Shown: positions 35,644-45,879, numbered from the stretch's first letter. The stretch is 64,000 bases of DNA from an uncultured Candidatus Binatia bacterium (GCA_965215605.1 OZ244070.1:2968158-3032157), one strand, 5' to 3'. The notes: generated from the sequence alone by a model not told the origin. A program made the numbers and translations.

Positions 35644-37035
35644 CTAACCCGGGTAGGTGGCCTTCGCCTGACGGCCGTGGCCCTTCTTTCCCACCACCTT
35701 GCCGTCGCGGTACACGGTGGTGCCGCGCACGAACGTGCGCACGGGCCAGCCTTTCAGCGTGCGGCCGGCATAGGGCGACCAGCCGATGAGGCTCAGCACG
35801 TCCTCGTCCCGGATCTCCTTCTCGGCGTTGAGATCCACCAGCACCAGGTCGGCGTCGTAGCCCACCTCGATGCGGCCCTTGTTGTGGACCCCGAAGATGC
35901 GGGCGGCCCCGGTGGAGGTGGCTTCCACCACCCGTTCCTGGGAGATCTTGCCCTTTGACGCGGCATCGAAGAGAAGACTCATGTAGTACTGCGCGGACGG
36001 CGTCCCGGTGTGGGCCTTCCAGCCGTCCTCCCAGCCGATCTCCTTTTCCTCGCGCGTGTGCGGCGCGTGGTCGGTGGCGACGATGTCGATGGTGCCGTCG
36101 CGCAGACCCTCCCACAGGGCCGGCGAGTTCTTCTCCGGGATCCAGTAGGAGAGGGCGTAGGAGCCCAGCCGCTCGATCTCGCTCCAGTCCGACCCCAGGA
36201 AGATCGCCCAGGGGTTGATCTCCGCGGTCACCCGCTGGCCGGCGTCCTTGGCCCGGCGGATCATCTCCACGGTGCCCTTGGTCTGGACGTGCAGTATGTG
36301 CAGGTGTACGCCGGTGGCCGCCTGCAGGCGGATGAGGAACTGGATGGCGGTTTCCCAGATGACGCCGTCGTTTTCGGCATAGGCCTTGGCGTAGGCCAGG
36401 CAGTCGCGCTCCCCCCGGTCCCAGTACTTCTTTTCGATGTAGTCCATGAGGGGCTGATCGTGGGGATGCACCATGAGTGGCACGTTGGCCGCGGCGCACG
36501 TCTCCATGATCTCCATGAGCTTGCCGTGGTCGTGAACCCCGATGCCGGGCATGTGCGGGTAGTCCCGCCCCGTGTCCACTACCATGAACACCTTGAATGC
36601 GCCGATGCCCATCTTGGCCAGCTTGGGGATCTCTTCCGGGATGGTCCCGGCCGGGTTGACGTTGAAGTCGATGATGGACTCCCGCTCATAGACTCCGAAC
36701 AACTGCTCGAGGCGCGGCACCGTGTTGGGCGGCGGCGTCACGTTGGGCATGGCCACCGAGGTGGTGACCCCGCCGGCCGCGCACTGCATGGTGGCGGTGT
36801 GGATGTTCTCCTTGTAGTCGTAGCCGCCGGGCTCGCCCCCCTCGCGGTGATGCGAATGCATGTCCACGGCGCCGGGGATCAGCGCCAGATTCGAGGCGTC
36901 CACCACCTCCCCGGCCTCGGGCTCGGCGCCGGGCTGGTAGATGCCCGCGATGACACCGTCCTGGACGCCGACGGAGCCCTTGTGACGGTTGTTGGCGTAG
37001 ATGATCTCGGCATTGGATATCAGCACGTCGAGCAT
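35644..37035 (-). CDS. Cyclic amidohydrolase (dihydropyrimidinase / hydantoinase / dihydroorotase-like)
   Basis: LIPGAVDMHSHH (HxH) with an amidohydrolase-superfamily layout. Substrate not assignable. Confidence 0.85.
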   Translation of the reverse strand: MLDVLISNAEIIYANNRHKGSVGVQDGVIAGIYQPGAEPEAGEVVDASNLALIPGAVDMHSHHREGGEPGGYDYKENIHTATMQCAAGGVTTSVAMPNVTPPPNTVPRLEQLFGVYERESIIDFNVNPAGTIPEEIPKLAKMGIGAFKVFMVVDTGRDYPHMPGIGVHDHGKLMEIMETCAAANVPLMVHPHDQPLMDYIEKKYWDRGERDCLAYAKAYAENDGVIWETAIQFLIRLQAATGVHLHILHVQTKGTVEMIRRAKDAGQRVTAEINPWAIFLGSDWSEIERLGSYALSYWIPEKNSPALWEGLRDGTIDIVATDHAPHTREEKEIGWEDGWKAHTGTPSAQYYMSLLFDAASKGKISQERVVEATSTGAARIFGVHNKGRIEVGYDADLVLVDLNAEKEIRDEDVLSLIGWSPYAGRTLKGWPVRTFVRGTTVYRDGKVVGKKGHGRQAKATYPG

Positions 37036-37050
37036 GGAAGTTCTCCTTGG

Positions 37051-37647
37051 TTATGGTTTCAGCAGCCGCGCCAGCGTTGGGTAGTCCCGCGCCACCGGAA
37101 AGGCGGGGTAGCGTTCGGCGATGGCGTCCGGCGGATTGAACAGCACGCCGCGGTCCGCGGTGCGAAGCATGCTCAGGTCGTTGTAGGAATCCCCCGCCGC
37201 CACCACGCCGAAGCCGATTCCCTTGAACGCCTTGACCGCCTTGCGCTTGCCGTCCTTCTGGCGCAGCACGTAGCCCGAGATGTACCCGGACCGGCTCACC
37301 GTGAGCCAGTTGCAAAGCAGCGTCGGGTTCCCGAGCTTTCGGATCAGCGGCATGGCGAACTCGTAGTAGGTGTCCGACAGCAGCACTACCGCCGGAAAGT
37401 CCCGCCGGAGGTCGTCCAGGAAGGCTTTGGCGCCGGGCAGCGGCTTCATGCCCTCGATGACGCCCTGGATGTCGGCGAGCCGGATCCGGTTCTTCCTGAG
37501 GATCTTCAGCCGGTACTGCATGAGTTGGTCGTAGTCGGAGATGTCCCGGGTGGTCAGCCTGAGGTCGTCGTTGTGGAAGTGGTCGGCAACGGCGATCCAG
37601 ATTTCCGGCAGGAGGACCCCCTCCAGGTCTAGGCAGCAGATTTGCAT
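37051..37647 (-). CDS. thrH: Phosphoserine phosphatase / homoserine phosphotransferase ThrH
   Basis: MQICCLDLEGVLLPEIWIAVA..TTRDISDYDQLMQYRL..LLSDTYYEF..YVLRQKDGKRKAV..AAGDSYND closely parallels Pseudomonas ThrH as I remember it. Starts at ATG 37647. Confidence 0.85.
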   Translation of the reverse strand: MQICCLDLEGVLLPEIWIAVADHFHNDDLRLTTRDISDYDQLMQYRLKILRKNRIRLADIQGVIEGMKPLPGAKAFLDDLRRDFPAVVLLSDTYYEFAMPLIRKLGNPTLLCNWLTVSRSGYISGYVLRQKDGKRKAVKAFKGIGFGVVAAGDSYNDLSMLRTADRGVLFNPPDAIAERYPAFPVARDYPTLARLLKP

Positions 37648-37829
37648 GATATCGATACGTCCGGATTTGGGCCGCGGGCGGGCGATTCCGCGTACCGGAG
37701 TCAAGGCGTTTCTAGCACAGGACCGGACCGGAGCAAAACCTGGAGCGGAGACCGGCCGTCCTTGACAGTTTCGGGAACCCCGTGTCAATGAGAACACTTC
37801 ACCGACCCATACGAAACAGGAGGAAAGCG

Positions 37830-38570
37830 ATGAGCATCAATACCGGAACGGTGGATATCGCCGCCGAAGACGGCAAGTCCATGGGCCTTTACGTGGCCGC
37901 GCCCGAGGGCGGCGGCAAGAAGCCGGTGCTGCTGGTGATCATGGAGATCTTTGGCGTGAACGCCCACATGAAGGAAGTCACCGAGCGTTTCGCGGGTGAG
38001 GGCTACGTGGCCATCTCCCCGGATCTCTACTATCGGCTGGACGAGCGGATCATTCCCAACACCGACCGGGACGGCGCCTTTGCCGCCCGCGGCACCCTCT
38101 ATGACACCAAGGTCATCGAGGACCTGAACCGCGCCATCGCCTACGCCAAGGGACGCGACGACGTGGATCCGGACCGGGTGGGGATCATCGGCTACTGCTT
38201 CGGCGGCCGGGTGTCGTGGATGGCGGCGTGCAACTGCCCGGGCCTGGCGGCCAGCAGCCTGTACTACGGCGGCCAGATCGCCGGCGGCCAGCGGGGCGAG
38301 AAGAGCCCGGTGGAGCCGGTGACCCAGGGGAAGAACATCAAGATACCGATGCAGTGCGTCTGGGGCGGGCAGGACCAGGGCATCCCGCAGGAGGCGCGCG
38401 ACAGCATCGAGGGGACGCTGAAAGCCAACAACGTGGACTACGAGTGGCACCTCTACGAGGAGGCGGGCCACGCCTTCTTCTGCGACGACCGCCCGAGCTA
38501 TCACGAGGCCTCGGCCAAGGATGTCTGGCCCAAGACCCTGGCATTCCTGGGCAGGCACCTGAAAGCGTAA
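37830..38570 (+). CDS. Dienelactone hydrolase family protein
   Basis: PVLLVIMEIFGVNAHMKEVTERFAGEGYVAISPDLYYR and GIIGYCFGG. The ATG follows AGGAGG. Confidence 0.8.
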   Translation: MSINTGTVDIAAEDGKSMGLYVAAPEGGGKKPVLLVIMEIFGVNAHMKEVTERFAGEGYVAISPDLYYRLDERIIPNTDRDGAFAARGTLYDTKVIEDLNRAIAYAKGRDDVDPDRVGIIGYCFGGRVSWMAACNCPGLAASSLYYGGQIAGGQRGEKSPVEPVTQGKNIKIPMQCVWGGQDQGIPQEARDSIEGTLKANNVDYEWHLYEEAGHAFFCDDRPSYHEASAKDVWPKTLAFLGRHLKA

Positions 38571-38598
38571 GAGACCACCGTTTCAAGGAGGCACGTCA

Positions 38599-39435
38599 AT
38601 GGCAACCAAAGAATACCAGACGGTCCTGGTGGAGAAGGAGGACGGCATCACCTGGGTGATCCTGAACCGTCCGGAAAAGCGGAACGCCATGAGCCCGCAG
38701 CTCCACTTCGACATGTACGACGCGGTCACCGAAGCCGAGGGAGATCCCGAGACCCAGGTGATGGTCATCACCGGCGCCGGCAATAGCTGGTGCGCCGGCA
38801 TGGATCTCAAGGAATTCTTCCGCGAGGGCGACAAGAACCCCGAGTTTCAGCGGAAGGTGGGCTGGGCCAGCCAGGAATGGCGCTGGCGCAAGCTCTTCAC
38901 CTTTCCGAAGCCCACCATCGCCATGGTGAACGGCTTCTGCTTCGGCGGCGCCTTCACCCCGATGATCGCCTGCGACTTCGCCATCGCGTCGGAGGACGCG
39001 CTCTTCGGCCTGTCCGAGGTGAACTGGGGCATCCTGCCCGGCGGCCTGGTGAGCCGGGTGGTGACCGACATGATGACGCTCCGCGACGGCCTGTACCATG
39101 CCATGACCGGCGACCCGTTCGACGGCAAGAAGGCGGCGGAGATGAGGCTCGTCACCTACGCGGTGCCGGCGGACCAACTCCGGGACGAGACCGTGAAGCT
39201 TGCGAAGAAGCTCATGGAGAAGAACCCCTGGGCGCTGCGGGCCACCAAGCAGGCCTACAAGCTGGTGCGCGGCATGGACTACTCCCAGGCCGAGGACTAT
39301 CTGGCCGCCAAGGAAGCCCAGATAAAGATGCAGGACCGGGAGAGCGGCTACGACGAGGGCATCAAGCAGTTCATCGACGACAAGACCTACAAGCCGGGTT
39401 TCGGTCCCATGGCCCGGGTCAACAAGGATTCCTAG
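38599..39435 (+). CDS. Crotonase-superfamily hydroxycinnamoyl-CoA (feruloyl-CoA) hydratase-lyase-like enzyme, copy 1
   Basis: ILNRPEKRNAMSP, TGAGNSWCAGMDLKEFFRE, KPTIAMVNGFCFGGAF and GLSEVNWGILPGG parallel HCHL/Ech as I remember it. Confidence 0.8.
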   Translation: MATKEYQTVLVEKEDGITWVILNRPEKRNAMSPQLHFDMYDAVTEAEGDPETQVMVITGAGNSWCAGMDLKEFFREGDKNPEFQRKVGWASQEWRWRKLFTFPKPTIAMVNGFCFGGAFTPMIACDFAIASEDALFGLSEVNWGILPGGLVSRVVTDMMTLRDGLYHAMTGDPFDGKKAAEMRLVTYAVPADQLRDETVKLAKKLMEKNPWALRATKQAYKLVRGMDYSQAEDYLAAKEAQIKMQDRESGYDEGIKQFIDDKTYKPGFGPMARVNKDS

Positions 39436-39533
39436 CCGGATGCGGCGGAACTTGCGCCTTGACTCCGCCGACGCGACTGCATAGAGTTGGCAGAATTTCA
39501 ATCACCTGAAGGTTCCAAGGAGGTATCGTTTTA

Positions 39534-40370
39534 ATGGCGACGAAAGAATACAAGACAGTGCTGGTGGAGAAGGAGGACGGCATCACTTGGGTCATCCTCA
39601 ACCGTCCGGAAAAGCGGAACGCCATGAGTCCGCAGCTCCACTTCGACATGTATGACGCGGTGACGGAATGCGAGGGGGATCCGGAAACGCAGGTCATGGT
39701 CATCACCGGCGCGGGCAATAGCTGGTGCGCCGGCCAGGACCTCCGGGAATACTTCCGCGAAGGCGACAAGAACCCGGCGCTCCGCCGGCAGGCGAGCTGG
39801 TGCAGCCAGGAATGGCGCTGGCGCAAGCTCTTCACCTTTTCCAAGCCCACCATCGCCATGGTGAACGGCTTCTGCTTCGGCGGCGCCTTCACCCCGCTGG
39901 TGGCCTGTGACTTCGCCATCGCCTCCGAGGACGCGATCTTCGGGCTGTCCGAGGTCAACTGGGGCATTCTGCCCGGCGGACTCGTGAGCCGGGTGGTCAC
40001 CGACATGCTGAGCCTGCGGGACGGCCTGTACCATGCCATGACCGGCGATCCGTTCGATGGCAAGAAGGCGGCGGAGATGCGGCTGGTGAACTACGCGGTG
40101 CCGGCGGACCAGCTCCGGGACGAGACCGTGAAGCTGGCGAAGAAGCTCATGGAGAAGAACCCCTGGGCGCTGCGGGCCACCAAGCAAGCCTACAAGCTGG
40201 TGCGCAGCATGGACTATTCCCAGGCCGAGGATTATCTCGCGGCCAAGGGCGCCCAGATCAAGCTGCAGGACCGGGAGAGCGGCTACGACGAGGGGATCAA
40301 GCAGTTCATCGACGACAAGACCTACAAGCCGGGCCTGGGCCCCATGGCCCGGGTCAACAAGGCTTCCTAG
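39534..40370 (+). CDS. Hydroxycinnamoyl-CoA hydratase-lyase-like enzyme, copy 2 (tandem paralog)
   Basis: Same 278-aa length and near-identical sequence to copy 1. It has its own SD, AAGGAGG. Confidence 0.8.
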   Translation: MATKEYKTVLVEKEDGITWVILNRPEKRNAMSPQLHFDMYDAVTECEGDPETQVMVITGAGNSWCAGQDLREYFREGDKNPALRRQASWCSQEWRWRKLFTFSKPTIAMVNGFCFGGAFTPLVACDFAIASEDAIFGLSEVNWGILPGGLVSRVVTDMLSLRDGLYHAMTGDPFDGKKAAEMRLVNYAVPADQLRDETVKLAKKLMEKNPWALRATKQAYKLVRSMDYSQAEDYLAAKGAQIKLQDRESGYDEGIKQFIDDKTYKPGLGPMARVNKAS

Positions 40371-40483
40371 CTCTATAGGGATACCGACGAGTGTCACGTG
40401 GAGGGGCTCCGGTCCGGACGGTCCCGGACCGGAGCCCCCAACGCCGGACGACGGCAATCACTGACCCAAGGAGGGAGCAAGCG

Positions 40484-41575
40484 ATGAAGTCCACATTACA
40501 GAAAGCCGTGCTATCCATTATTGCCGTGCTCGTGTTTGGGCTTTTGCTGGGGACCCAGGCGTCCGCGGCGGACAAGCCCTTCTACCAGGGCAAGACGCTG
40601 AAGCTCATCGTCGACTACTCGGCGGGTGGACCCACCGACATCGAGTGCCGGATCTACGCCCGTCATCTCAAGAAGCACTTGGCGGGCGACCCCACCATCG
40701 TGATCCAGAACCGCGCGGGAGGCGGCGGCAACCTGGCCATGAACTGGCTTTACGAGCGGGCGCGGCGAAACGGCACCATAATGGGTTGCCAGACCGCCAG
40801 CGGCCGGTACCAGGAATGGTACGTGGGCGATCCCAAAAAGGCCGGTCTCCGGGCCAACATGGAGGAGATCATTCCGGTCATGTTCACGCCCGTCGTGAGT
40901 GTCGGCGTGGCCAGGAAGGACCTCGATCCGCCGCTCAACAATTTGGACGATCTCAAGAAAGCCAAGAGCTTCAACGTCGGTGGATTCCGCGCGGACAGCA
41001 GCAAGGACCTCAAGTTCCGCACACTGTTCGACCTCGCGGGCATCAAGTTCAACTATGTCACGGGGTACCAGGGCTCGTCGGACCTGCTGGCGGCGTTCCT
41101 GCGCAAGGAGCTCGACTACGTGGACGGCAGCACGCCGTTCTATATCCCGCGGGTGAAGCCCATCGCCGTGGACAAGGGGACCGCCGTTCCGCTGTGGTAC
41201 GGCAGCGACGCCCAGATCCCGGCCATCGCGCCGGGCGTGCCCGCGCGTGAGTTCGTCAAGCGGCTCTCGGGCAAGGAACCCGCCGGCCCGCTGTGGCAGC
41301 TCTTTCAGATCCTGACGAGCTACCGTCAGATCCTGGCGCCTCCGGAGACCCCGAAGGCAGCGGTGGAAGCGGTGCGTACCGCCTTCATCGCCATGAACAA
41401 GGATCCCGCGTTCCGCGCCGAGTACAAGAAGTCCGTCGGTATCGAGCCGCACATGTTGACCTCGGCCAAGGACCTCGAGAAGTCCATGGTGCCGTGGAAG
41501 ACGGCCGGCGAGGAGATGAAGAAGTTCCGCGCCAACTACGTGGAAGAAGGGCGTAAGCTCGCGGCCAAGAAGTAG
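40484..41575 (+). CDS. tctC: Tripartite tricarboxylate transporter substrate-binding protein (Bug/TctC family)
   Basis: Signal peptide MKSTLQKAVLSIIAVLVFGLLLGTQASA, then FYQGKTLKLIVDYSAGGPTD and QNRAGGGGNLA. Confidence 0.85.
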   Translation: MKSTLQKAVLSIIAVLVFGLLLGTQASAADKPFYQGKTLKLIVDYSAGGPTDIECRIYARHLKKHLAGDPTIVIQNRAGGGGNLAMNWLYERARRNGTIMGCQTASGRYQEWYVGDPKKAGLRANMEEIIPVMFTPVVSVGVARKDLDPPLNNLDDLKKAKSFNVGGFRADSSKDLKFRTLFDLAGIKFNYVTGYQGSSDLLAAFLRKELDYVDGSTPFYIPRVKPIAVDKGTAVPLWYGSDAQIPAIAPGVPAREFVKRLSGKEPAGPLWQLFQILTSYRQILAPPETPKAAVEAVRTAFIAMNKDPAFRAEYKKSVGIEPHMLTSAKDLEKSMVPWKTAGEEMKKFRANYVEEGRKLAAKK

Positions 41576-41653
41576 GCCATCAACCGTGTCCCGTTGCCGG
41601 CCGCCTCGTGGGCCGGCAACGGGTACTCCCAACCAGCTTAACGCCCACGCAGC

Positions 41654-43126
41654 ATGCTAGAAGCAGCCCAACTGGGACTTCAGGGTGTCCTCTCCTGGCC
41701 GGCCTTCGGCTATCTGTTGCTGGGTATCACTCTGGGTGTCTTTTTCGGAATGGTTCCAGGCCTCTCGGGACTCTCCGGGATGGCCATCCTGCTGCCGTTC
41801 ACTTTTGATCTTCAACCCTACGAGGCCATGGCGCTGCTCATGGGCATGTACGCCATTACCTCGACGTCGGACACCATATCGTCGGTTCTGTTGGGCGTCC
41901 CCGGCACCGCCGGCTCCCAAGCCACCATCATGGATGGCTACCCGTTGGCGAAGAAGGGGGAGGCGGCGCGGGCGTTCGGCGCCGCCTACACGGTGTCGGG
42001 CTTCGGCGGCGTGGTGGGCGCCATCCTGCTGGTCTTCTCGATACCGATCCTGAGCCCCTTGGTGCTCTCTTTCGGCGCCCCGGAGTTCTTCCTCCTGGGC
42101 GTGCTGGGCATGGCCATGGTGGGGGCCTTGAGCGGCAACGCTCCGGCCAAGGGCATCCTGGTGGGCCTGTTGGCGTTGCAGCTCTCCATGATCGGCTATT
42201 CGCCCCAGGACGGCATCCCGCGCTTCTGGTTCGGCGCGCCCTATCTCCTGGAAGGGCTTCCCATCGTCCCGTGCGTGCTGGGTCTGTTCTCGCTTCCCGA
42301 GGTGGTGGAGCTGGCGGTACGTCGCGGCACCCTGTCGGAAGTGCCGGAGATGGGGAAGGGGCTCTGGGACGGGGTGCGCGACGCCGCGCGTAACTGGTGG
42401 CTGGCGCTCCGGTGCGCGGTCATCGGCGCCTACATCGGTTTCATCCCCGGTCTCGGGGCCAGCATCGTCGACTGGGTGGCCTACGGCCACGCGGTCCAGT
42501 CCAACAAGGACCCGAAGGCGGAATTCGGCAAGGGCGAGATACGGGGCGTCATCGCGCCGGAGGCCGCCAACAACGCCATGAAGGGCGGCTCGCTGATCCC
42601 CACCATCGCGTTCGGTATCCCCGGAAGCGCCACCATGGCCATCCTGCTGGGCGCCTTCCTGATCCACGGCATCTACCCGGGCCCCGAGCTTCTCAGCACC
42701 CGTCTCGACGTCACGTTCTCGGTGATCTGGGCGCTGGTCATCGCCAACGTCCTGACCGCCATCCTGCTGATGGGGTGCACGAACCAACTCGCCAAGGTCA
42801 CCACCATACGCGGCAGCATTCTCATCCCCATCATCGTGGTTCTCGTGTTCATGGGTTCCTGGATGGCGACGCAGGAGCTTGGAGACTGGCTCGTGTTGAT
42901 CGGCCTGGGAGCCTTGGGTTATCTCATGAAGCGGTGGGGCTGGCCGAGGCCGCCCATTGCCTTGGGCATCGTCCTGGGTCCGATCATGGAACGTTACCTC
43001 GATATCAGCGTCAGCCGTTATGGCTGGGCGTGGCTGTGGACCCGGCCCATCGCCATCATCCTGATCCTGATGACCCTGGCGACGCTCTACTATGCGATGC
43101 GAGCCCAGGCGCGCAAGAAGGCGTGA
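41654..43126 (+). CDS. tctA: Tripartite tricarboxylate transporter large permease
   Basis: Polytopic 490-aa protein with TctA-type segments GMVPGLSGLSGMAILLPFTF and IPGSATMAILLGAFLIHGI. Confidence 0.9.
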   Translation: MLEAAQLGLQGVLSWPAFGYLLLGITLGVFFGMVPGLSGLSGMAILLPFTFDLQPYEAMALLMGMYAITSTSDTISSVLLGVPGTAGSQATIMDGYPLAKKGEAARAFGAAYTVSGFGGVVGAILLVFSIPILSPLVLSFGAPEFFLLGVLGMAMVGALSGNAPAKGILVGLLALQLSMIGYSPQDGIPRFWFGAPYLLEGLPIVPCVLGLFSLPEVVELAVRRGTLSEVPEMGKGLWDGVRDAARNWWLALRCAVIGAYIGFIPGLGASIVDWVAYGHAVQSNKDPKAEFGKGEIRGVIAPEAANNAMKGGSLIPTIAFGIPGSATMAILLGAFLIHGIYPGPELLSTRLDVTFSVIWALVIANVLTAILLMGCTNQLAKVTTIRGSILIPIIVVLVFMGSWMATQELGDWLVLIGLGALGYLMKRWGWPRPPIALGIVLGPIMERYLDISVSRYGWAWLWTRPIAIILILMTLATLYYAMRAQARKKA

Positions 43127-43171
43127 CACACGCCGTATGACAATCGGCGAATCGAGAGCCTGTCGAGGTTT

Positions 43172-43690
43172 GTGATGGTACGACGGATCCGCGAGCACTA
43201 CATTGAAAGCCTGTTCATACTCGCCTTGGCGGTGATGTTCGCCGCCGGCGTGGTCACGGCCAGGGAGTGGCCGGGGAAGACGGCATTGTTTCCCACGCTG
43301 ATCGGAACTGCCGGCTGTGTCATCGCCGTGATCCTTTCGCTGTGGACGGGGATCCGGGGCGGGGAGGAGAAGGCCCCGGACGGGCCCGGGGGAGCCGCGG
43401 ACATTTTCCTCGACGTGAACCTACGCAGCGGCGAGGCACTGAAACGGACCATCTTCATCTGCTTTTGGCTGATGGGGATATTCGCAGGCACTTGGCTCCT
43501 GGGACAGCTCATCGCGTTGCCGTTGTTCGTCTTTCTCTACCTGAAGGTTGGATCGGATGAAGGATGGCTCCTGTCCCTGGGCCTCACGGCGGGCGCCATC
43601 GCCTTCCTGTACGGGGTGTTCGATCAGGTGATCCACGCCTCGTGGTACGAGGGGGAGTTGTTCCGCTTCCTGGGTATCGAGCTGTTCTAG
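43172..43690 (+). CDS. tctB: Tripartite tricarboxylate transporter small membrane subunit (TctB-like)
   Basis: About 170 aa with 4 predicted TM helices, immediately after tctA. The sequence itself is weakly diagnostic. Confidence 0.65.
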   Translation: MMVRRIREHYIESLFILALAVMFAAGVVTAREWPGKTALFPTLIGTAGCVIAVILSLWTGIRGGEEKAPDGPGGAADIFLDVNLRSGEALKRTIFICFWLMGIFAGTWLLGQLIALPLFVFLYLKVGSDEGWLLSLGLTAGAIAFLYGVFDQVIHASWYEGELFRFLGIELF

Positions 43691-43803
43691 AAAAGAAGGT
43701 TCGAGTAAAGAAACCACTCGCCAACACCATCCGGCAATGACAACCAAGACGTGACCGGCGCGGACCTCTGCCCGCCGGCACCTTCATCGAAAGAAGAAGA
43801 GAC

Positions 43804-45879
43804 ATGACCGAAACGACGGAAAGAACCACCATTCTCCCGGCAGCCAACCTGCTCCACGCCAAGAGCGTGGCCATCGTCGGCGCCTCCCCCAAGGGCAACT
43901 GGCCCAACCTGCTCTTTCACAGCCTCAAGGCGGCAGAGTTTCCGGGAAACGTCTTCCTGATCAATCCCAACTACGAGGAGCTCTGGGACGCGCCCTGCTA
44001 CCCGAGCCTGGAGGCGCTTCCGGAGCCGCCCGAGCACCTGTTGATGCTGGTGCCGAGCCGCGCGGTGATCCCGACCCTCAAAACGGCCGCGCCGCTGGGG
44101 GTCAAGGCGGCCACCATCTACAGCGCGGGCTTCGGCGAGGGCACCGATCCCACGAGCCACGAGCGTGGCCGGGAGCTGGCGGAGTTCTGCGAAGAGAGCG
44201 GCATCGTCTGTTGCGGCCCCAACTGCATGGGCGCGGCGTCGGTGAACCAGCGCATGATGACCTATGCCCAGCGCCAGCCGTTGCTCAAGCCCGGCCCCGT
44301 GGCCGCGGTGTTCCAGAGCGGCGGCTCCCTGGGCAACTGGATGAAGGGCGCGGCGGAGCGCGGCGTCGGCTTCAGCTACGCCATTTCCAGCGGCAACGAG
44401 GTGAGCCTGGACGTGGTCGACTACATGTCCTTTCTCATCGACAACGAGGAGACCAAGGTCATCCTGCTGATGGTGGAGGGCATACGGCGCCCGAACACGT
44501 TCCTGGAGACCGCCGCCCGTGCGCTGGAGAAGGACAAGCCCGTCATCGTGGTGAAGCTCGGCCGCTCGGAGATGGGGAAACGCCAGGCCATCTCCCACAC
44601 CGGCTCCCTGGCGGGCGACGACGAGGTCTTCTCGGCGGCGTGTGACCGCTACGGCATGGTGCGCTGTCACAGCCTGGAGGATCTGACGGAGATGACACTG
44701 GCGTTCCTGCCGGGCCGGCGCCCCCGGGGCGGGCGCGCGGCCATCGTGGTGAACTCCGGCGGCATGAAGGGGATCCTGCTGGACCACATCGAGGAGGTGG
44801 GCATCGAGCTGGCCACCTTGAGTGATGCCTCCAACGCGGCCCTGCGGCCGCTCATCCCCGACGACCTGATGGTGGAGAACCCCCTGGAGTGCGGCGTCGC
44901 CGGCTTCGGCAACGAGAACACCTTCGCCGAGATCGTGCGCATCCACGCCGAGGACGACGGCGTGGACCTGCTGGCCATTCACGGCGAGCTGCCGCGGTTC
45001 GGCGAGAAACGCAACCCGGAGTTGCTCAAGAACATCTCCCGGAGCATCGACAAGCCCATCGTGGCCCACGCCCGCTCCACTTACAGCCTCATGGACGAGA
45101 GCCGCGCCTTTCAGGAGGCCTCGGAGATACCCCACCTCCAGGGCATCAGGGCGACGCTGCGGGCACTCAACGGACTGGGGGCCTACGGCCATCGCCGGCG
45201 CGTGGGTATCCCGGAACTCCCGGCGGCCGACGGCAAACCTCAAGACCTGGAGGGTGCTGTCTGGCAGGAGCGGTTGGCCGCCTGCGGCATCACACCGCCC
45301 AGGGAAGCGGTGGTCGATACTCCCGGGGACGCGGCCGCGAGGGCAGGGGAGATGGGCTTCCCCGTGGTGCTGAAGCTCCAGTCCCCGGAGGTGGTGCACA
45401 AGACCGAAGTGGGCGGCGTGGTGCTGGGGCTGGAATCCGCAGCCGCCGTGGAGCGGGCAGGGTCGGAGCTGCTGGCCAAGGGGCCGTCCGGGTCGAAGCT
45501 GCTGGTGCAGGAAATGGTGAGCGGCACCGAGGTCATCCTCGGAGCGCGGGTCGACCCCCAGTACGGCCCGTTCGTCATGGTGGGTCTGGGCGGAATCTTC
45601 GTGGAGGTGCTGAAGGACGTGGCGCTGCGGCTTATCCCGGTCACCACCGAGGACGCGCAAGCGATGTTGCGGGATCTCAAGGGCTACGGGATTCTCGAAG
45701 GGGTCCGCGGACAGAAGCCCCGGGATGTCGGCGCGCTGACACGGGCGATCGTCGGCCTGTCCGGACTGTTTGCGGCGCATCGCGCCCACCTGAGCGATCT
45801 GGAGATCAATCCGCTGATGGTCAAGGAGGCGGGCTCGGGCGTGGCGGCCGTGGACGTGAGGATCGTCAGATACCCATAA
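43804..45879 (+). CDS. ADP-forming acyl-CoA synthetase (CoA-binding plus succinyl-CoA-synthetase-like plus ATP-grasp domains), FerA-like by context
   Basis: SVAIVGASPKG..NPNY, AATIYSAGFGE, CGPNCMG and the C-terminal ATP-grasp segment FPVVLKLQSPEVVHKTEVGGV. Confidence 0.85.
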   Translation: MTETTERTTILPAANLLHAKSVAIVGASPKGNWPNLLFHSLKAAEFPGNVFLINPNYEELWDAPCYPSLEALPEPPEHLLMLVPSRAVIPTLKTAAPLGVKAATIYSAGFGEGTDPTSHERGRELAEFCEESGIVCCGPNCMGAASVNQRMMTYAQRQPLLKPGPVAAVFQSGGSLGNWMKGAAERGVGFSYAISSGNEVSLDVVDYMSFLIDNEETKVILLMVEGIRRPNTFLETAARALEKDKPVIVVKLGRSEMGKRQAISHTGSLAGDDEVFSAACDRYGMVRCHSLEDLTEMTLAFLPGRRPRGGRAAIVVNSGGMKGILLDHIEEVGIELATLSDASNAALRPLIPDDLMVENPLECGVAGFGNENTFAEIVRIHAEDDGVDLLAIHGELPRFGEKRNPELLKNISRSIDKPIVAHARSTYSLMDESRAFQEASEIPHLQGIRATLRALNGLGAYGHRRRVGIPELPAADGKPQDLEGAVWQERLAACGITPPREAVVDTPGDAAARAGEMGFPVVLKLQSPEVVHKTEVGGVVLGLESAAAVERAGSELLAKGPSGSKLLVQEMVSGTEVILGARVDPQYGPFVMVGLGGIFVEVLKDVALRLIPVTTEDAQAMLRDLKGYGILEGVRGQKPRDVGALTRAIVGLSGLFAAHRAHLSDLEINPLMVKEAGSGVAAVDVRIVRYP

